From positions 9,828-73,827 of the forward strand of contig PEAM01000003.1 of NCBI GenBank assembly GCA_002753565.1: a stretch of DNA of 64,000 nt. The letters are read 5' to 3'. The stretch comes from Magnetococcales bacterium (GTDB lineage Bacteria; Pseudomonadota; Magnetococcia; Magnetococcales; JADFYX01). Shown piece by piece: positions 8,205-18,532 of this stretch. The position numbers were made by a program, and so were the translations under genes. The notes under the pieces are model-generated. The model saw nothing but the letters and a program-made list of their open reading frames with translations. It was not told the DNA's origin and did no database searches. The first letter of the stretch is position 1. Every line of letters begins with the position of its first letter.

Positions 8205-8711
8205 CCACTAAGGCTCTCCTTACTCTATCCTAACAACAGCATCGCTCCTCCTGTCAGTCAACATAGATATAGATGGTAGCGTACAAAATAAAATAACTTT
8301 AAGCAATGTCAAAACCATTCTAACACCTGTTCAATTACATAACCCCACATTAAAATTGATATTAGTTATTTATAAAGATGGTTTATCACCGCCTGAACCA
8401 TCGATGACTTAGAAAAAACTCTGAGGGGTGCCAAAAAACAAGCAGACCAGATTCATGAATATTTCAATACACAGGAAGCATGTGGCAGCCTGTCCTTCCC
8501 GGAAACCTCATCCAGCCCAAAATCGGCATCGTCACCAACCTTGGCGAGGCCGATTTTTGTGGACATAAGGAGTGATTTCCGGGAGAATCTAGCGGGGGTG
8601 GTGTCTTGGTAGCTCGTTAAGGCTGTAATCCTCTGGTTTTGGACACGAGTTATCGGAACACCAAGTTATAAGCGCTCTTTGAAAACCCAGGAATCGAATG
8701 ACTGCCTTGAA

Positions 8712-9737
8712 TCAGGCAGCGACTCGCTCATAGCAATGGTGTAGGCCACCGAGTATAGGAAATGCCACGATTTTTCCTAGCTCAGAACTCTGAACATCAC
8801 GATGAATTGGAGAGTCTTTATCCAATCCAAGGTGTGTGCGTTGGTGGTAGTAATCCACGTACTCACCAAGCCTTTGTCGCAGATGCTCCTCGTTCAGCAC
8901 AACGATGTGATCAAAACACTCCCTGCGACAACTGCCAACCATTCTCTCCGCAACAGCATTTTGCCAAGGCGAACCGGGTGCCGTAATCACAGTCTCTATT
9001 CCCATTTTCTTGAATGATGACTGACTGGCCATGAAAAGTGGATCACGGTCATGTAGCAAATATCGCGGTGCTGAATCCCAGGGGAAAGCCTCTCGTATCT
9101 GCTGGATCACCCATCTTGATGTTGGATTTGTTGTCACGTTGAAGTGGACGATGCGTCGCCTCTCGTGATCAATCAGAATCAAGACGTGCAGCACTTGGAA
9201 GAAAATGGTTGGGACTGTGAAGAAGTCCATTGCGACAATTTGGTCAGCATGGTTTTCCGGAAATGTCTTCCAGGTCTGAGATGGTGGCTTTTCATGCTTG
9301 ACCATGTATTTGGCGACTGATGTCTCACCAACATCGTAACCGAGCTTTAAAAGTTCACCATGGATTCGGGGTGCTCCCCAGAGCGGATTTTCCTGGCTCA
9401 TCCGTTTGATCAAGTCACGCACTTCTTTTGGAACGCATGGTCGCCCAGGACGTTTTTTGTGTGATCGCCATCGCCAGAAAATCTTGAAGCCGGCCTGATG
9501 CCACTTCACGACTGTCGCAGGTTTCACGATTACAAGGGTACTTTTCCAGTTTGGCCAGACTCGCGATAGCCAGATCCAGAATACTCTGTCCCAGCGATTG
9601 AGGATTGGCCGCTTCCGTTTCTGTCGGCGTAGAATATTGACCTGATGGCGGAGAGCCAAGTTTTCCAGTTGGAGTAAAGCACGAGATTTAAAAGAATCCG
9701 TGATGGTTGAAACGATCAGGGTTAAGATGCTCGGCAT
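8712..9737 (-). mobile_element. IS-like element: DDE (rve/integrase-core) transposase gene, 341 aa; element ends not defined
   Basis: Track ORF with a DDE-type core (VAMDFFTVP, LLHDRDPLF, SPWQNAVAERMVGSCRRECFDH). The N-terminal HTH-like region carries LENLALRHQVNILRR. I found no terminal inverted repeats. Confidence 0.75.
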
Positions 9738-9772
9738 GATGTCTCCAAGATATAGAGTATACTTGATCCATT

Positions 9773-10738
9773 ATGAGCGATATTGCACAACCACATGATC
9801 GGTTTCTGAAAACGCTTCTTTCTGACCCAAATCGCTCAGGAACTTTGCTCCGAGAGCGATTGCCCAAAGAGATAGCGGAGTGTTTATCAGATGATCCGCC
9901 TCAACTGGTCGACGGCACGTTTGTTGACGAAGAATTGAGATCGCATTTGACAGATCGGTTGTTTGCAGTAAAGACAATCCGAGAAAAACCAGCATTTCTG
10001 TATGTGCTGATCGAACACAAGAGCCAGCCTGAGAAGCGAATTGCATGGCAGTTGGCGAAATACCTGATTGAGGTGCTGAAGCAGTGGGAAAGGGAAAATC
10101 TGGATTGGAAGTTGTTGCCGGCGGTTGTTCCATTTGTTTTTTACCATGGTTCATCTGAGTGGCAGATACCGAATGAGTTTCAGGCTCTTATAGAAACGGA
10201 GGTAGGGTGGAAGCCATTTTTGTTGAACTTTCAGTTCCCCGTTTTTGATTTGGGGCACATTGATGACAGAGAGCTTTCAAGGCATCCCCGCTTGAAGGCT
10301 TGGCTTATGGTGGCAAAGTATGGCACGCGCGATGTTGCGTATGCCGAAATCAAGGGGCAGCTCATTAAGAGCATGGCTGAGGTGCCTGAGGATTTGCCGG
10401 CATTTCTGCGGTACATGATCGAGACGTTTGATGATGTTAGTAGCGATGATTTGCGTGAAGTTATCCGAGGTGTAAAACCGGAGGAGGAAATGGAAATGAT
10501 GTCACAATTTGCCAAAGAGGTGGTCAACCAAGAAAAGCCTGGATGGATTCAGATGGGTCGCCAGGAAGGTCGCCAGGAAGGCGAGGCTGCGTTATTGCTG
10601 AGACAATTGCAACGACGTTTTGGAACTCTTCCTGAGGAGATTCAAAACAAGGTGGAATCAGCTGATCAGATCGCTTTGGAGACTTGGGGAGACCGTGTAC
10701 TGGATGCCCCATCACTGGAGGACGTTTTCAAGGTGTAA
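9773..10738 (+). CDS. Rpn-family recombination-promoting nuclease / putative transposase (PD-(D/E)xK, YhgA-like) with a DUF4351-like C-terminus
   Basis: N-terminus PHDRFLKTLLSDP, core DRLFAVK...FLYVLIEHKSQPE, and C-terminus EGRQEGEAALLLRQLQRRFGTLPEEIQNKV are typical of this family. Confidence 0.75.
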   Translation: MSDIAQPHDRFLKTLLSDPNRSGTLLRERLPKEIAECLSDDPPQLVDGTFVDEELRSHLTDRLFAVKTIREKPAFLYVLIEHKSQPEKRIAWQLAKYLIEVLKQWERENLDWKLLPAVVPFVFYHGSSEWQIPNEFQALIETEVGWKPFLLNFQFPVFDLGHIDDRELSRHPRLKAWLMVAKYGTRDVAYAEIKGQLIKSMAEVPEDLPAFLRYMIETFDDVSSDDLREVIRGVKPEEEMEMMSQFAKEVVNQEKPGWIQMGRQEGRQEGEAALLLRQLQRRFGTLPEEIQNKVESADQIALETWGDRVLDAPSLEDVFKV

Positions 10739-11015
10739 ATGAATCCGGTGAGATCGGCAGTTTTGCTTTTTCATTTTGGTCAAGGGATTGAACCCTGGAC
10801 CGAACTCATATGAGTTGACCATTTTGAGAAATTTTTCGACTTTTGATAATTATAATTTAATTCCAACATGTTAAAGCGTGTTAATAGGAACGTTTGGTTG
10901 ACCGTTCGTTACTAAAACATTCTCAAAATATTACACAAAAATTTCAAAGAATAGTTCGAAATAGGGTCGGTATGCTCCACCATTATACGGTCCGATAAGG
11001 GCCGAGAAAACACGG

Positions 11016-11041
11016 AAACCCGCTTAATTGCGGGTTTTTTT
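11016..11041 (+). terminator. Rho-independent terminator with no annotated gene upstream
   Basis: Stem aaacccgc / gcgggttt with loop ttaatt, followed by a run of T to 11041. Confidence 0.6.
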
Positions 11042-11199
11042 GTACCTTCCTTCTCTAGTGCTACCCAGGAAAAACTATTGTCATCCAAGGTACAGATTTC
11101 CTTCAAGAGTCCCTTCGTGTTTTTCGCCCGAGCGTATTCTTAAATACCTTGTTAGCCTGGCTGGATAACAATAGCTCCAAGCCGATTTCCAGCAGCACC

Positions 11200-12105
11200 C
11201 TAGGAAGTAGCTGTTCCACTCGGAACAGCTAATGCCGCGCAAATCTCTTTTGCCGGACTATTGTTCGGAACAGCCACAAGGTTCCAACTCTGTTCCAGTC
11301 GTGAATCCAGAAGACCATTGCCACAAAGCTTGAAAATTGTATAGTTGATCCCCAACGCTTGCCGCATTTCATCCAGAGTGAAATGGTGTTGTGTGGTATC
11401 GTTATACTCAAAAATAATGACCGGATTGTGTCGACGAATAAAGGCAGCCCCCCCTTCGACCACCTCCAGTTCAGACCCTTCCACATCAATCAACATGACC
11501 ACCTGCTCAGAGAGTTCGGGCAGGGCACGATCCAGGGTAGTCTGCTCAACAATAATGGACTCTCCGCGGTCCCCTTCACGCATAAAATGTGATGCCGTAG
11601 GGCTGCGTTGGTCAATGATAAACTGCTTTTCGCCTACGGTACGACCAAACCCCTTCTGGATTAAAGTAACGTGTTTAAAACCGTTGATTCTTACCGTCTC
11701 CTGCAAACCATACATACACGCTGGAATAGGTTCCGCTGCGTAGACGTGAGATACTTCAGGGCGACTGGCCATATCCAACATCATTTCACCGATGTTTGCA
11801 CCAATATTGACAAAACAGAGAGGGGCTTCAGACCGCTCTACAAACTGATCGAAAAAGAGATGTGTCTCCCTCTCTCCCCAAAGACCGATGAGAAAGTTTC
11901 CGTAACATTCTGAGACTTTATGGTAAAGAAATATTTTTTTTCCATTCTCTACCGTCAATTCGTAATTACGATCAATCAGACGAGAAAGGATACCCATTCC
12001 TGGAATGGAAATACCAAATTTTTTGATAAGCCACTCCCGCAGATAAAGATGCCCCTTAACTGCTTGAAAAATCAACCGTGATTTTAATTTCGACACCATC
12101 TCCAT
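11200..12105 (-). CDS. FkbM-family SAM-dependent methyltransferase
   Basis: Motifs FVNIGANIGE, VYAAEP and LIDVEGSELEVVEG. Confidence 0.75.
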   Translation of the reverse strand: MEMVSKLKSRLIFQAVKGHLYLREWLIKKFGISIPGMGILSRLIDRNYELTVENGKKIFLYHKVSECYGNFLIGLWGERETHLFFDQFVERSEAPLCFVNIGANIGEMMLDMASRPEVSHVYAAEPIPACMYGLQETVRINGFKHVTLIQKGFGRTVGEKQFIIDQRSPTASHFMREGDRGESIIVEQTTLDRALPELSEQVVMLIDVEGSELEVVEGGAAFIRRHNPVIIFEYNDTTQHHFTLDEMRQALGINYTIFKLCGNGLLDSRLEQSWNLVAVPNNSPAKEICAALAVPSGTATS

Positions 12106-12538
12106 TCTACTCCTATCACAGTCGGCCTTTAGTCAATATACACCGGTGTTGCCGAACACCAACATTCACCTTGCCATGAGGTTTACCCCATACTGGTTCC
12201 AACCCTAAACCACCCAAAATTGTCACTCTCGCCCAGACAGAAACCCAGGACAACACAGTTGGAGTTCCTTGCCCCCCTGCCTGCGCAGAAAGAATGAATG
12301 GATTGTCAGGTTGCTGTTCAGTCTATAAGAGTTTCTATCATCAAGCTAGGGAAATCAATCGGTTGCATCAGATGCATGCTGATAACGGCCACTATCTGGT
12401 CTTTTGGTGGTTTCGTGCAGACCTTGGACACTCAAGGTCAGGGTGGATAAGATGAAGGGTAGTGAACGAGACACTTCCCCCCTCTTGGTTTTGATTATCT
12501 TGGGGAGATCATCTCACGAGTGATGGATTGGAGTTCCG

Positions 12539-12949
12539 ATGAAACCTATTGCTGACAGCTTCTCTTCCGGCATAAAACGACTGCTGCTCTGCCACCTTTA
12601 CTATCTTGTTGTGTGTTTCGTCTACTTCCTTGTTGTCTATTCTCTAGAAAGGCTGGGGGTGGCTATTGTGGTGGATGGAGGGGCTGTGGGGATCACTCTT
12701 TTCATCATGATGTTTGCACCGGGAATAGTCGCTCAACTGGCTTATGTCATTCCCCTCACCCTCCATCTCTCCTCAAAGAAAAAGTACGCCGCTCTGCGAG
12801 GAGTGCTGGCGGGGGCTTTGGTGACAGCTCTGCTCAATGTGGGCGCCCTGTTTGTCGCTGCCAAGATTGGCGTTATGTTATCACCCGAAACCAAGCCGGT
12901 CCATAACCGCTCCCATCTCGAAAGATTGATCTCACTCCAGCGGGGATAA
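12539..12949 (+). CDS. Hypothetical membrane protein (136 aa, about 4 TM)
   Basis: Track ORF with hydrophobic segments; no recognisable family. Confidence 0.4.
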   Translation: MKPIADSFSSGIKRLLLCHLYYLVVCFVYFLVVYSLERLGVAIVVDGGAVGITLFIMMFAPGIVAQLAYVIPLTLHLSSKKKYAALRGVLAGALVTALLNVGALFVAAKIGVMLSPETKPVHNRSHLERLISLQRG

Positions 12950-13056
12950 TGGGGCAGCCTCTTAGGGTATAAAGAGAGGCAATCCTGGGTTTTGAGGATG
13001 ATTTACTTCAGAATGGAGGGGTTTGGTGCCTGTTTGAGGCCATCAGCCTCTATCAT

Positions 13057-13437
13057 CTAACCTGAGGGTTCAGTCAGGTCGCGTCCACTCTTAACCCGCT
13101 CAATCTCCTCCAGAACCTTTTTTTCAGCCAAGGATGGGAGCATCCGGGCTACCTGATCCTGAACCATCTCACGGGCAATGGACTCCACTTGAGGAGTGAA
13201 AGCCTGCTGAATGGCGGCACGTAACTGCTCAGGATCAATCTCCACCGACTGCTCGGCCTGATAGATGGTCTGGATCTCCTCTCGGACAATTTTTTCAGCC
13301 AGCACAGGCAGCAGAACCCGAACCATCTCTTGAATCCCATCTCGTGCCGACTGGGTGATTTGAGGCACAAAAAGCTCTTTGAGTTGATCCGTCAGGGGGT
13401 TCTGCTGAGATGTTTGAAGCGTTACCTCATCGGCCAT
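13057..13437 (-). CDS. Small acidic protein with a duplicated PopZ C-terminal-like (DUF2497-like) motif
   Basis: Internal repeat FVPQITQSARDGIQEMVRVLLPVLAEKIVREEIQTI / FTPQVESIAREMVQDQVARMLPSLAEKKVLEEIERV. The second copy resembles the Caulobacter PopZ C-terminus (LPRIVETKVEEEVQRISRGRG, as I recall it). Confidence 0.5.
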   Translation of the reverse strand: MADEVTLQTSQQNPLTDQLKELFVPQITQSARDGIQEMVRVLLPVLAEKIVREEIQTIYQAEQSVEIDPEQLRAAIQQAFTPQVESIAREMVQDQVARMLPSLAEKKVLEEIERVKSGRDLTEPSG

Positions 13438-13466
13438 TCTTCCACTCCCTCTGTTATGGTATAGCC

Positions 13467-13931
13467 CTAATAGAAAACCTCAACGGAGAAGATCTCTCCA
13501 TCCAGATCAAAAAGATGGCTGACACAGGCCGGAACAGCCCCTGCAGCCCGATGGTTAATCCGCCCAGAGGCCACCTCAGGAGGGGTAAGGCTAATGGAAC
13601 CCAATTCGGGCTCCAACCGGCCCTGAATTCCGCCTGCCACCAGGTTGGCCATCTCGCCGAAAGCATCGTTCATCTCATCATCCATCTCATCTCGACTCTC
13701 CCCCAAAAAGGCCGAGAGAAGCTTAAGGATGGCAGCCTTGGAGCCAGAGAGGTGCAAACTGCCTTGGATCCCCTCTCCATAACCAATCACAGCACTGTAC
13801 TCACTGGCAATCTCTGCCGGTTTTTCTTGGGCACTACCTTCTCCCACCTCAACAAAAAGCATGGTTTCGGCAATCTCCAAGATGGCCTCTCTCAGCACTT
13901 CCAAACACCGTTCCGGCTTCAATTGAGACAT
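13467..13931 (-). CDS. cheX: CheX-like chemotaxis phosphatase
   Basis: Motif DAFGEMANLVAGGIQGRL and the overall ~155-aa size. I prefer the ATG at 13931 because the track start at 13988 would overlap the proS 3' end. Confidence 0.6.
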   Translation of the reverse strand: MSQLKPERCLEVLREAILEIAETMLFVEVGEGSAQEKPAEIASEYSAVIGYGEGIQGSLHLSGSKAAILKLLSAFLGESRDEMDDEMNDAFGEMANLVAGGIQGRLEPELGSISLTPPEVASGRINHRAAGAVPACVSHLFDLDGEIFSVEVFY

Positions 13932-13980
13932 CGCTTTTTTTTCTCCTGATTTGATTCGTTCAACCCGGTCTCCAACCTGG

Positions 13981-15708
13981 TCAGACAACGGCCTCTGCCA
14001 TCAAAGCCTGTAGACGTTCGATCAGATGTTCAGCCACCGCACCAATCTCCACTTTTTGGGAGGCACCATCATGACGGCTCTGAACTTCCACCATACCCTC
14101 TTTAATACCCCGCCCCCCAATCACCACCCGCAGAGGGGCGCCGATCAGGTCGGCATCTTTAAACTTAACCCCAATCCGCTCTCTTCTATCATCCAGAAGG
14201 GTCGATAGATTGGCCTGACCCAGGCGGTTGTAGAGTGACTCCGCCAGCTCCATCGCTTCGGTCTCTTTGGGGTTGACCAGCAAGATCTCGACATGAAAAG
14301 GGGCCAACGAGACAGGCCAGACAATGCCGTTGTCGTCGTGGTTCTGTTCGATGGCCGCCGCCACAATGCGAGAGACACCAATCCCATAACAGCCCATCAA
14401 CGGCGTCTGTTCACGGCCCTCTTTGTTGAGGACGGTCATCTTCATGGCTCGGGTATATTTATCGCCCAACTTGAAAACATGCCCCACCTCCACACCTCGA
14501 TCCAGGCTAAAGTGGCCTGTCTCACAGCGGGGACAGCGATCACCTGCCCGAACATTACGCAGGTCGGCAAAGCGCGGGCGAGGTAGATCTCGACCCCAGC
14601 ATACACCGGTAAGATGCCACCCCTCTTGATTGGCACCACAGACAAAGTCGGTCTGATTTTCTAAAGCGTAGTCGGCAATAAGCGGCAATGTCGCTCCAAC
14701 CGGACCCAAAGAGCCAACCGTAACCCCGGTCAGTTTTTGCACCGCTGCCGGATCGGGAAGATGGAACCCCTCCCCCTCCAGCAGGTGGGACGCCTTGATT
14801 TCATTCAGCTCGTGGTCCCCTCTAAGGAGGAGAATAGCCGCCCCTTCAGAGGTTTCAACAACCAGAGATTTAACCGTCTGGTGAGCCGGAACCTTTAAAA
14901 AACCGGCCACCTCCTCGATGGTGCGAATCCCTGGGGTTTCGACCCGTTCCATGGCAGCACCCGAAGAGGTTAAAGCCACCTCTTCCAAGGGGCCTGGCAC
15001 CGCTTTTTCGAGATTGGCGGCATAGTGGCAATGATCACAGGAGGCAATTTCATCCTCACCAGAACCCGCCAGAACATGAAACTCATGGGAGTCGGAGCCA
15101 CCAATGGCACCGGTGTCGGCCTCCACCGCCCTGAAGGTCAAACCGCAACGCCGAAAGATAGCCTGGTAGGCTTGAAACATGATCTGATAGCTGTTATCCA
15201 GACTCTCCTGGTCCAGGTCGAAAGAGTAGGCATCTTTCATCAGAAACTCCCGACCTCGCATCATGCCAAAGCGGGGGCGTACTTCGTCTCGAAACTTGGT
15301 CTGGATTTGATAAAAATTGGCAGGGAGTTGCTTATAGGAGCGCAGTTCGTGGCGAACCAGGTCGGTAATGACCTCCTCGTGGGTGGGGCCAAAACAGAAA
15401 TCCCGCTCTCCCCGATCTTGGAAGCGTAGGAGTTCGGCACCATACTGGCTCCAGCGGCCCGACTCCTTCCATAGCTCAGCCGGTTGCACCGCCGGCATCA
15501 GAACCTCTTGTGCCCCAGCCCGGTCCATCTCTTCCCGAACAATGTTCTCCACCTTTCGCAACACCCGCAGCCCCAACGGCAGCCAACTGTAGATTCCGGC
15601 GCCCAGTTGGCGAATCATACCGGCCCGCAACATCAGTTTGTGGGAGACAACCTGGGCTTCGCCCGGATTTTCTTTGAGGGTTGGAACAAGGGTTTGACTT
15701 AATCGCAT
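13981..15708 (-). CDS. proS: Proline--tRNA ligase
   Basis: 575 aa with the canonical bacterial ProRS N-terminus MRLSQTLVPTLKENPGEAQVVSHKLMLRAGMIRQLGAGIYSWLPLG, plus an INS editing region and an anticodon-binding C-terminus. Confidence 0.95.
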   Translation of the reverse strand: MRLSQTLVPTLKENPGEAQVVSHKLMLRAGMIRQLGAGIYSWLPLGLRVLRKVENIVREEMDRAGAQEVLMPAVQPAELWKESGRWSQYGAELLRFQDRGERDFCFGPTHEEVITDLVRHELRSYKQLPANFYQIQTKFRDEVRPRFGMMRGREFLMKDAYSFDLDQESLDNSYQIMFQAYQAIFRRCGLTFRAVEADTGAIGGSDSHEFHVLAGSGEDEIASCDHCHYAANLEKAVPGPLEEVALTSSGAAMERVETPGIRTIEEVAGFLKVPAHQTVKSLVVETSEGAAILLLRGDHELNEIKASHLLEGEGFHLPDPAAVQKLTGVTVGSLGPVGATLPLIADYALENQTDFVCGANQEGWHLTGVCWGRDLPRPRFADLRNVRAGDRCPRCETGHFSLDRGVEVGHVFKLGDKYTRAMKMTVLNKEGREQTPLMGCYGIGVSRIVAAAIEQNHDDNGIVWPVSLAPFHVEILLVNPKETEAMELAESLYNRLGQANLSTLLDDRRERIGVKFKDADLIGAPLRVVIGGRGIKEGMVEVQSRHDGASQKVEIGAVAEHLIERLQALMAEAVV

Positions 15709-15713
15709 GGTTC

Positions 15714-16529
15714 TTAAAGCTCTTTCTGACCGCCTTCAATCAGGGCATAGGCGGAGTGGTTATGAATTGATTCAAAATTTTCTGATTCTACCTTAAACCA
15801 ACTCACCCGGCTATCTTTTTCCAGATCAGCCGCCACGGATCGAACCATATCCTCAACAAATTTGGGATTCTTATAGGCCTCTTCCGTGACAAATTTTTCA
15901 TCCGGCCTTTTGAGGATCGCATAGAGCTGGCAGGAGGCGTTCTTTTCGACCATATCGATAATCTCCTCCACCCAGACAAACTTGTTAAACTGCAAAGAGA
16001 CCGTCACATGGGAGCGCTGGTTGTGGGCGCCAAAGTCGGAAATCTCCTTGGAGCAAGGGCATAGAGAGGTGACCGGCACCATCACTTTCATGGTCATTCG
16101 GTAGTCATCGCCATCGAGAACCCCCATGAATTCAACCTGATAATCCATCAAGGCAGAGGCCTTGCTTACCGGCGCCACCTTGCGAATAAAATAGGGAAAG
16201 GCCAGCTCGATATGGGCCTCTTCGGCATCCAGTCGGCTCTGGATTTTTTCCAGCAGATTGGGGAGACTGGTGATGGAGATGGCCTCGTCGTACTCGGCAA
16301 TCACCTCCAGAAAGCGGGACATATGGGTGCCTTTAAACAGGTGAGGCAGCTTGACGTACATATTGATGGAGGCGATGGTGTGCTGCTGACCACGGCTTCT
16401 ATCCCGAACAATAATGGGATAGCGGATATCCTTGACCCCAACCCGATCGATATCGAGTCGGCGGCTATCTTGTTGAGATTGCACATCGGTTAAAGTCTTA
16501 TTTTGGTGGTCCGGCGTTTTAAGGTCCAT
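15714..16529 (-). CDS. folE2: GTP cyclohydrolase FolE2 (type IB)
   Basis: 271 aa with motifs HMSRF and CPCSKEIS...GAHNQRS. Confidence 0.85.
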   Translation of the reverse strand: MDLKTPDHQNKTLTDVQSQQDSRRLDIDRVGVKDIRYPIIVRDRSRGQQHTIASINMYVKLPHLFKGTHMSRFLEVIAEYDEAISITSLPNLLEKIQSRLDAEEAHIELAFPYFIRKVAPVSKASALMDYQVEFMGVLDGDDYRMTMKVMVPVTSLCPCSKEISDFGAHNQRSHVTVSLQFNKFVWVEEIIDMVEKNASCQLYAILKRPDEKFVTEEAYKNPKFVEDMVRSVAADLEKDSRVSWFKVESENFESIHNHSAYALIEGGQKEL

Positions 16530-16695
16530 GGTTCAGTCCAGATCTGCCATCCTGAAAAAGGCAGAAGAATCTAAGTCTGTTGGGATCGGACTTAGCATAG
16601 TGTATGATTGCCTCTGTTTATTATCAGAGTACCTCCCAAATCACCGGGAACTGCTCTATCTCCACCAGAATAACATTGAAAACGACTCTATTACC

Positions 16696-17574
16696 ATGCG
16701 TGATATCGGCATCATTACAAAACTATCCGATCCCCAAGCCCTGAAGGCCACCGCTCAACTGGCCAAATGGCTGAATCGACAAGGGTGCCGGGTGACCATA
16801 ACCGAAGAGGCTGCTCAAGACGCCAAGATCTCCAAAAAGGTTGCCACCCCCTCTCCCCAAGCCACCCTGCCCCATGGTCAGGATCTGGTGGTGGTCATTG
16901 GGGGGGACGGTACCTTCATTGCGGCTTTTCGGGCCACGGAAACCGCCAAAACCCCGCTGCTGGGTATTAATCTGGGTCGGTTGGGTTTTTTGACCGAGGT
17001 TCCCCAAGAGGAGATGCTCCAGACCATGACCGATGTGCTGGCTGGGCGGTTTCAGCTGGAAGAGCGGATGTTGCTTTCGGTCAGTGTCCAGCGCCAGGGG
17101 GAGGAGATTCTCAAACATCGGGTGTTAAACGACGCCGTCATCCATAAAGGGGCGCTGGCTCGCATGTTGGAGTTTCAGGTCTCCATCGACAACCGTTTTG
17201 TCTTCAATAGCCGAGCCGATGGGCTAATCATCTCCAGCCCGACCGGCTCTACCGCCTACGCCCTCTCGGCTGGTGGCCCCATTATCCACCCCACTCTCAA
17301 CACCATTCTCATCGTCCCCATCTGCCCCCACACCCTCAACAACCGCCCCATTGCCGTGCCGGGTGAGGGGCTGATCTCTGTCATTCTCGATAAAGACAGC
17401 AGCCAGGATCAACGGCTGACACTGGATGGCCAGACCGGCTTTCCCCTTTTAAACGGAGACCGTATTCTCATCCGCCAGTCCGAACACCGTCTGCGGGTTC
17501 TCCACGCGCCCGAACGCAACTACTACTCGGTCCTGCGTCAAAAGCTCCGCTGGGGAGAGCAGGTAGGCAGTTGA
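16696..17574 (+). CDS. nadK: NAD(+) kinase
   Basis: Motifs GGDGT, NDAVI and GLIISSPTGSTAYALSAGGPI. I prefer the ATG at 16696 (MRDIGIITK) over the track start at 16528, which abuts the folE2 start. Confidence 0.9.
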   Translation: MRDIGIITKLSDPQALKATAQLAKWLNRQGCRVTITEEAAQDAKISKKVATPSPQATLPHGQDLVVVIGGDGTFIAAFRATETAKTPLLGINLGRLGFLTEVPQEEMLQTMTDVLAGRFQLEERMLLSVSVQRQGEEILKHRVLNDAVIHKGALARMLEFQVSIDNRFVFNSRADGLIISSPTGSTAYALSAGGPIIHPTLNTILIVPICPHTLNNRPIAVPGEGLISVILDKDSSQDQRLTLDGQTGFPLLNGDRILIRQSEHRLRVLHAPERNYYSVLRQKLRWGEQVGS

Positions 17575-17580
17575 TTCAAC

Positions 17581-18405
17581 TCAGATCAAGGGCTGGCAAT
17601 GAGGACAAAACGCGCTGGCTCGCCCCCCCTGACGAACCTGCTCGACAAGAGAACCACAACGCAGACAGGGCTGACCCTCTCGACCATAAATCTGCAAAGA
17701 TTGCTGAAAATAACCGGGCTGACCATCCCCCCGACGAAAATCTCGCAGGGTCGTTCCCCCCTGTTGGATCGCCGCCGTCAACACCTGTTTAATGGCTGCA
17801 ACCAACCGCTCGCAACCTGCTCCATCCACGTGTCCAGCTGGGGTTTCAGGGTGAATTCCGGCCAGAAAAAGGGACTCCGCCGCATAAATATTGCCCACAC
17901 CCACCACCACATGGGCGTTCATGATGCGGTTTTTTATCGCCACCCTCCGGCCTCGACAGCTTTTGAGCAGAGAGTCGGCTATAAAACTGTCCGCCAGCGG
18001 TTCGGGTCCCAGGGGTTGGATGAGCCGGTGGGAGTTGGGGTCGTCGGTGGTCCACAACACCGAGCCAAAGCGGCGTGGGTCAGTCAGCCGGAGCTGCCCA
18101 CCCTGATGAAAACCGATGTTGAAATGGTCATGTTTGCCGTAGGGGAGATCCATCGGCAGAAAGCGCAGCACACCGGACATGCCCAGATGAACAATAAGAG
18201 TCCCCTCGCCGATGGAGAGAAGTAGATATTTTCCTCGCCGTTCAACCGAAGCAACATGCTGCCCCGGCAGGGCACGACTGAGGGCCTGTTCGGGCAGGGG
18301 CCAACGCAGCTTGGCGCAGCGGACCGTGACCGACTCGATGGGCTGTCCGGTAACAAGGGGCGCAATCCCTTGTCGTATGGTCTCCACTTCCGGCAACTCC
18401 GGCAT
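17581..18405 (-). CDS. mutM: Formamidopyrimidine-DNA glycosylase
   Basis: N-terminus MPELPEVETIRQGI and a C-terminal zinc finger CLRCGSLV...AFCPHCQ. Confidence 0.95.
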   Translation of the reverse strand: MPELPEVETIRQGIAPLVTGQPIESVTVRCAKLRWPLPEQALSRALPGQHVASVERRGKYLLLSIGEGTLIVHLGMSGVLRFLPMDLPYGKHDHFNIGFHQGGQLRLTDPRRFGSVLWTTDDPNSHRLIQPLGPEPLADSFIADSLLKSCRGRRVAIKNRIMNAHVVVGVGNIYAAESLFLAGIHPETPAGHVDGAGCERLVAAIKQVLTAAIQQGGTTLRDFRRGDGQPGYFQQSLQIYGREGQPCLRCGSLVEQVRQGGRASAFCPHCQPLI

Positions 18406-18532
18406 GATCTTACTCCAAGACTTGGTGTTGGGGGTAAATTATGGCATACTAACTCATACGGTTGTACGAGATACCCGTTTCGAGCATAACCGGCCAGAGA
18501 CTATTTGAAAACCCCCATTTCTTATAGGAATA

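Noticed and set aside
10781-10816. tRNA-like T-arm (caagggattgaaccctg; minus strand CAGGG-TTCAATC-CCTTG) next to a palindrome
   Set aside because: No acceptor stem, D-arm or 7-nt anticodon loop can be built around it. At most it is a tRNA 3' fragment or att-site scar, not a tRNA gene.
1-12500. Search for type I secretion genes (ABC exporter, MFP, TolC-like) expected next to an hlyC/RTX locus
   Set aside because: None is present in this part of the window. They may lie beyond position 1 or elsewhere, so I make no claim about secretion-gene linkage.
16528-16695. The track start of nadK at 16528, which adds 56 aa
   Set aside because: The extension has no NAD kinase similarity and begins back-to-back with the folE2 start codon. 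The ATG at 16696 gives the normal MRDIGII... N-terminus.
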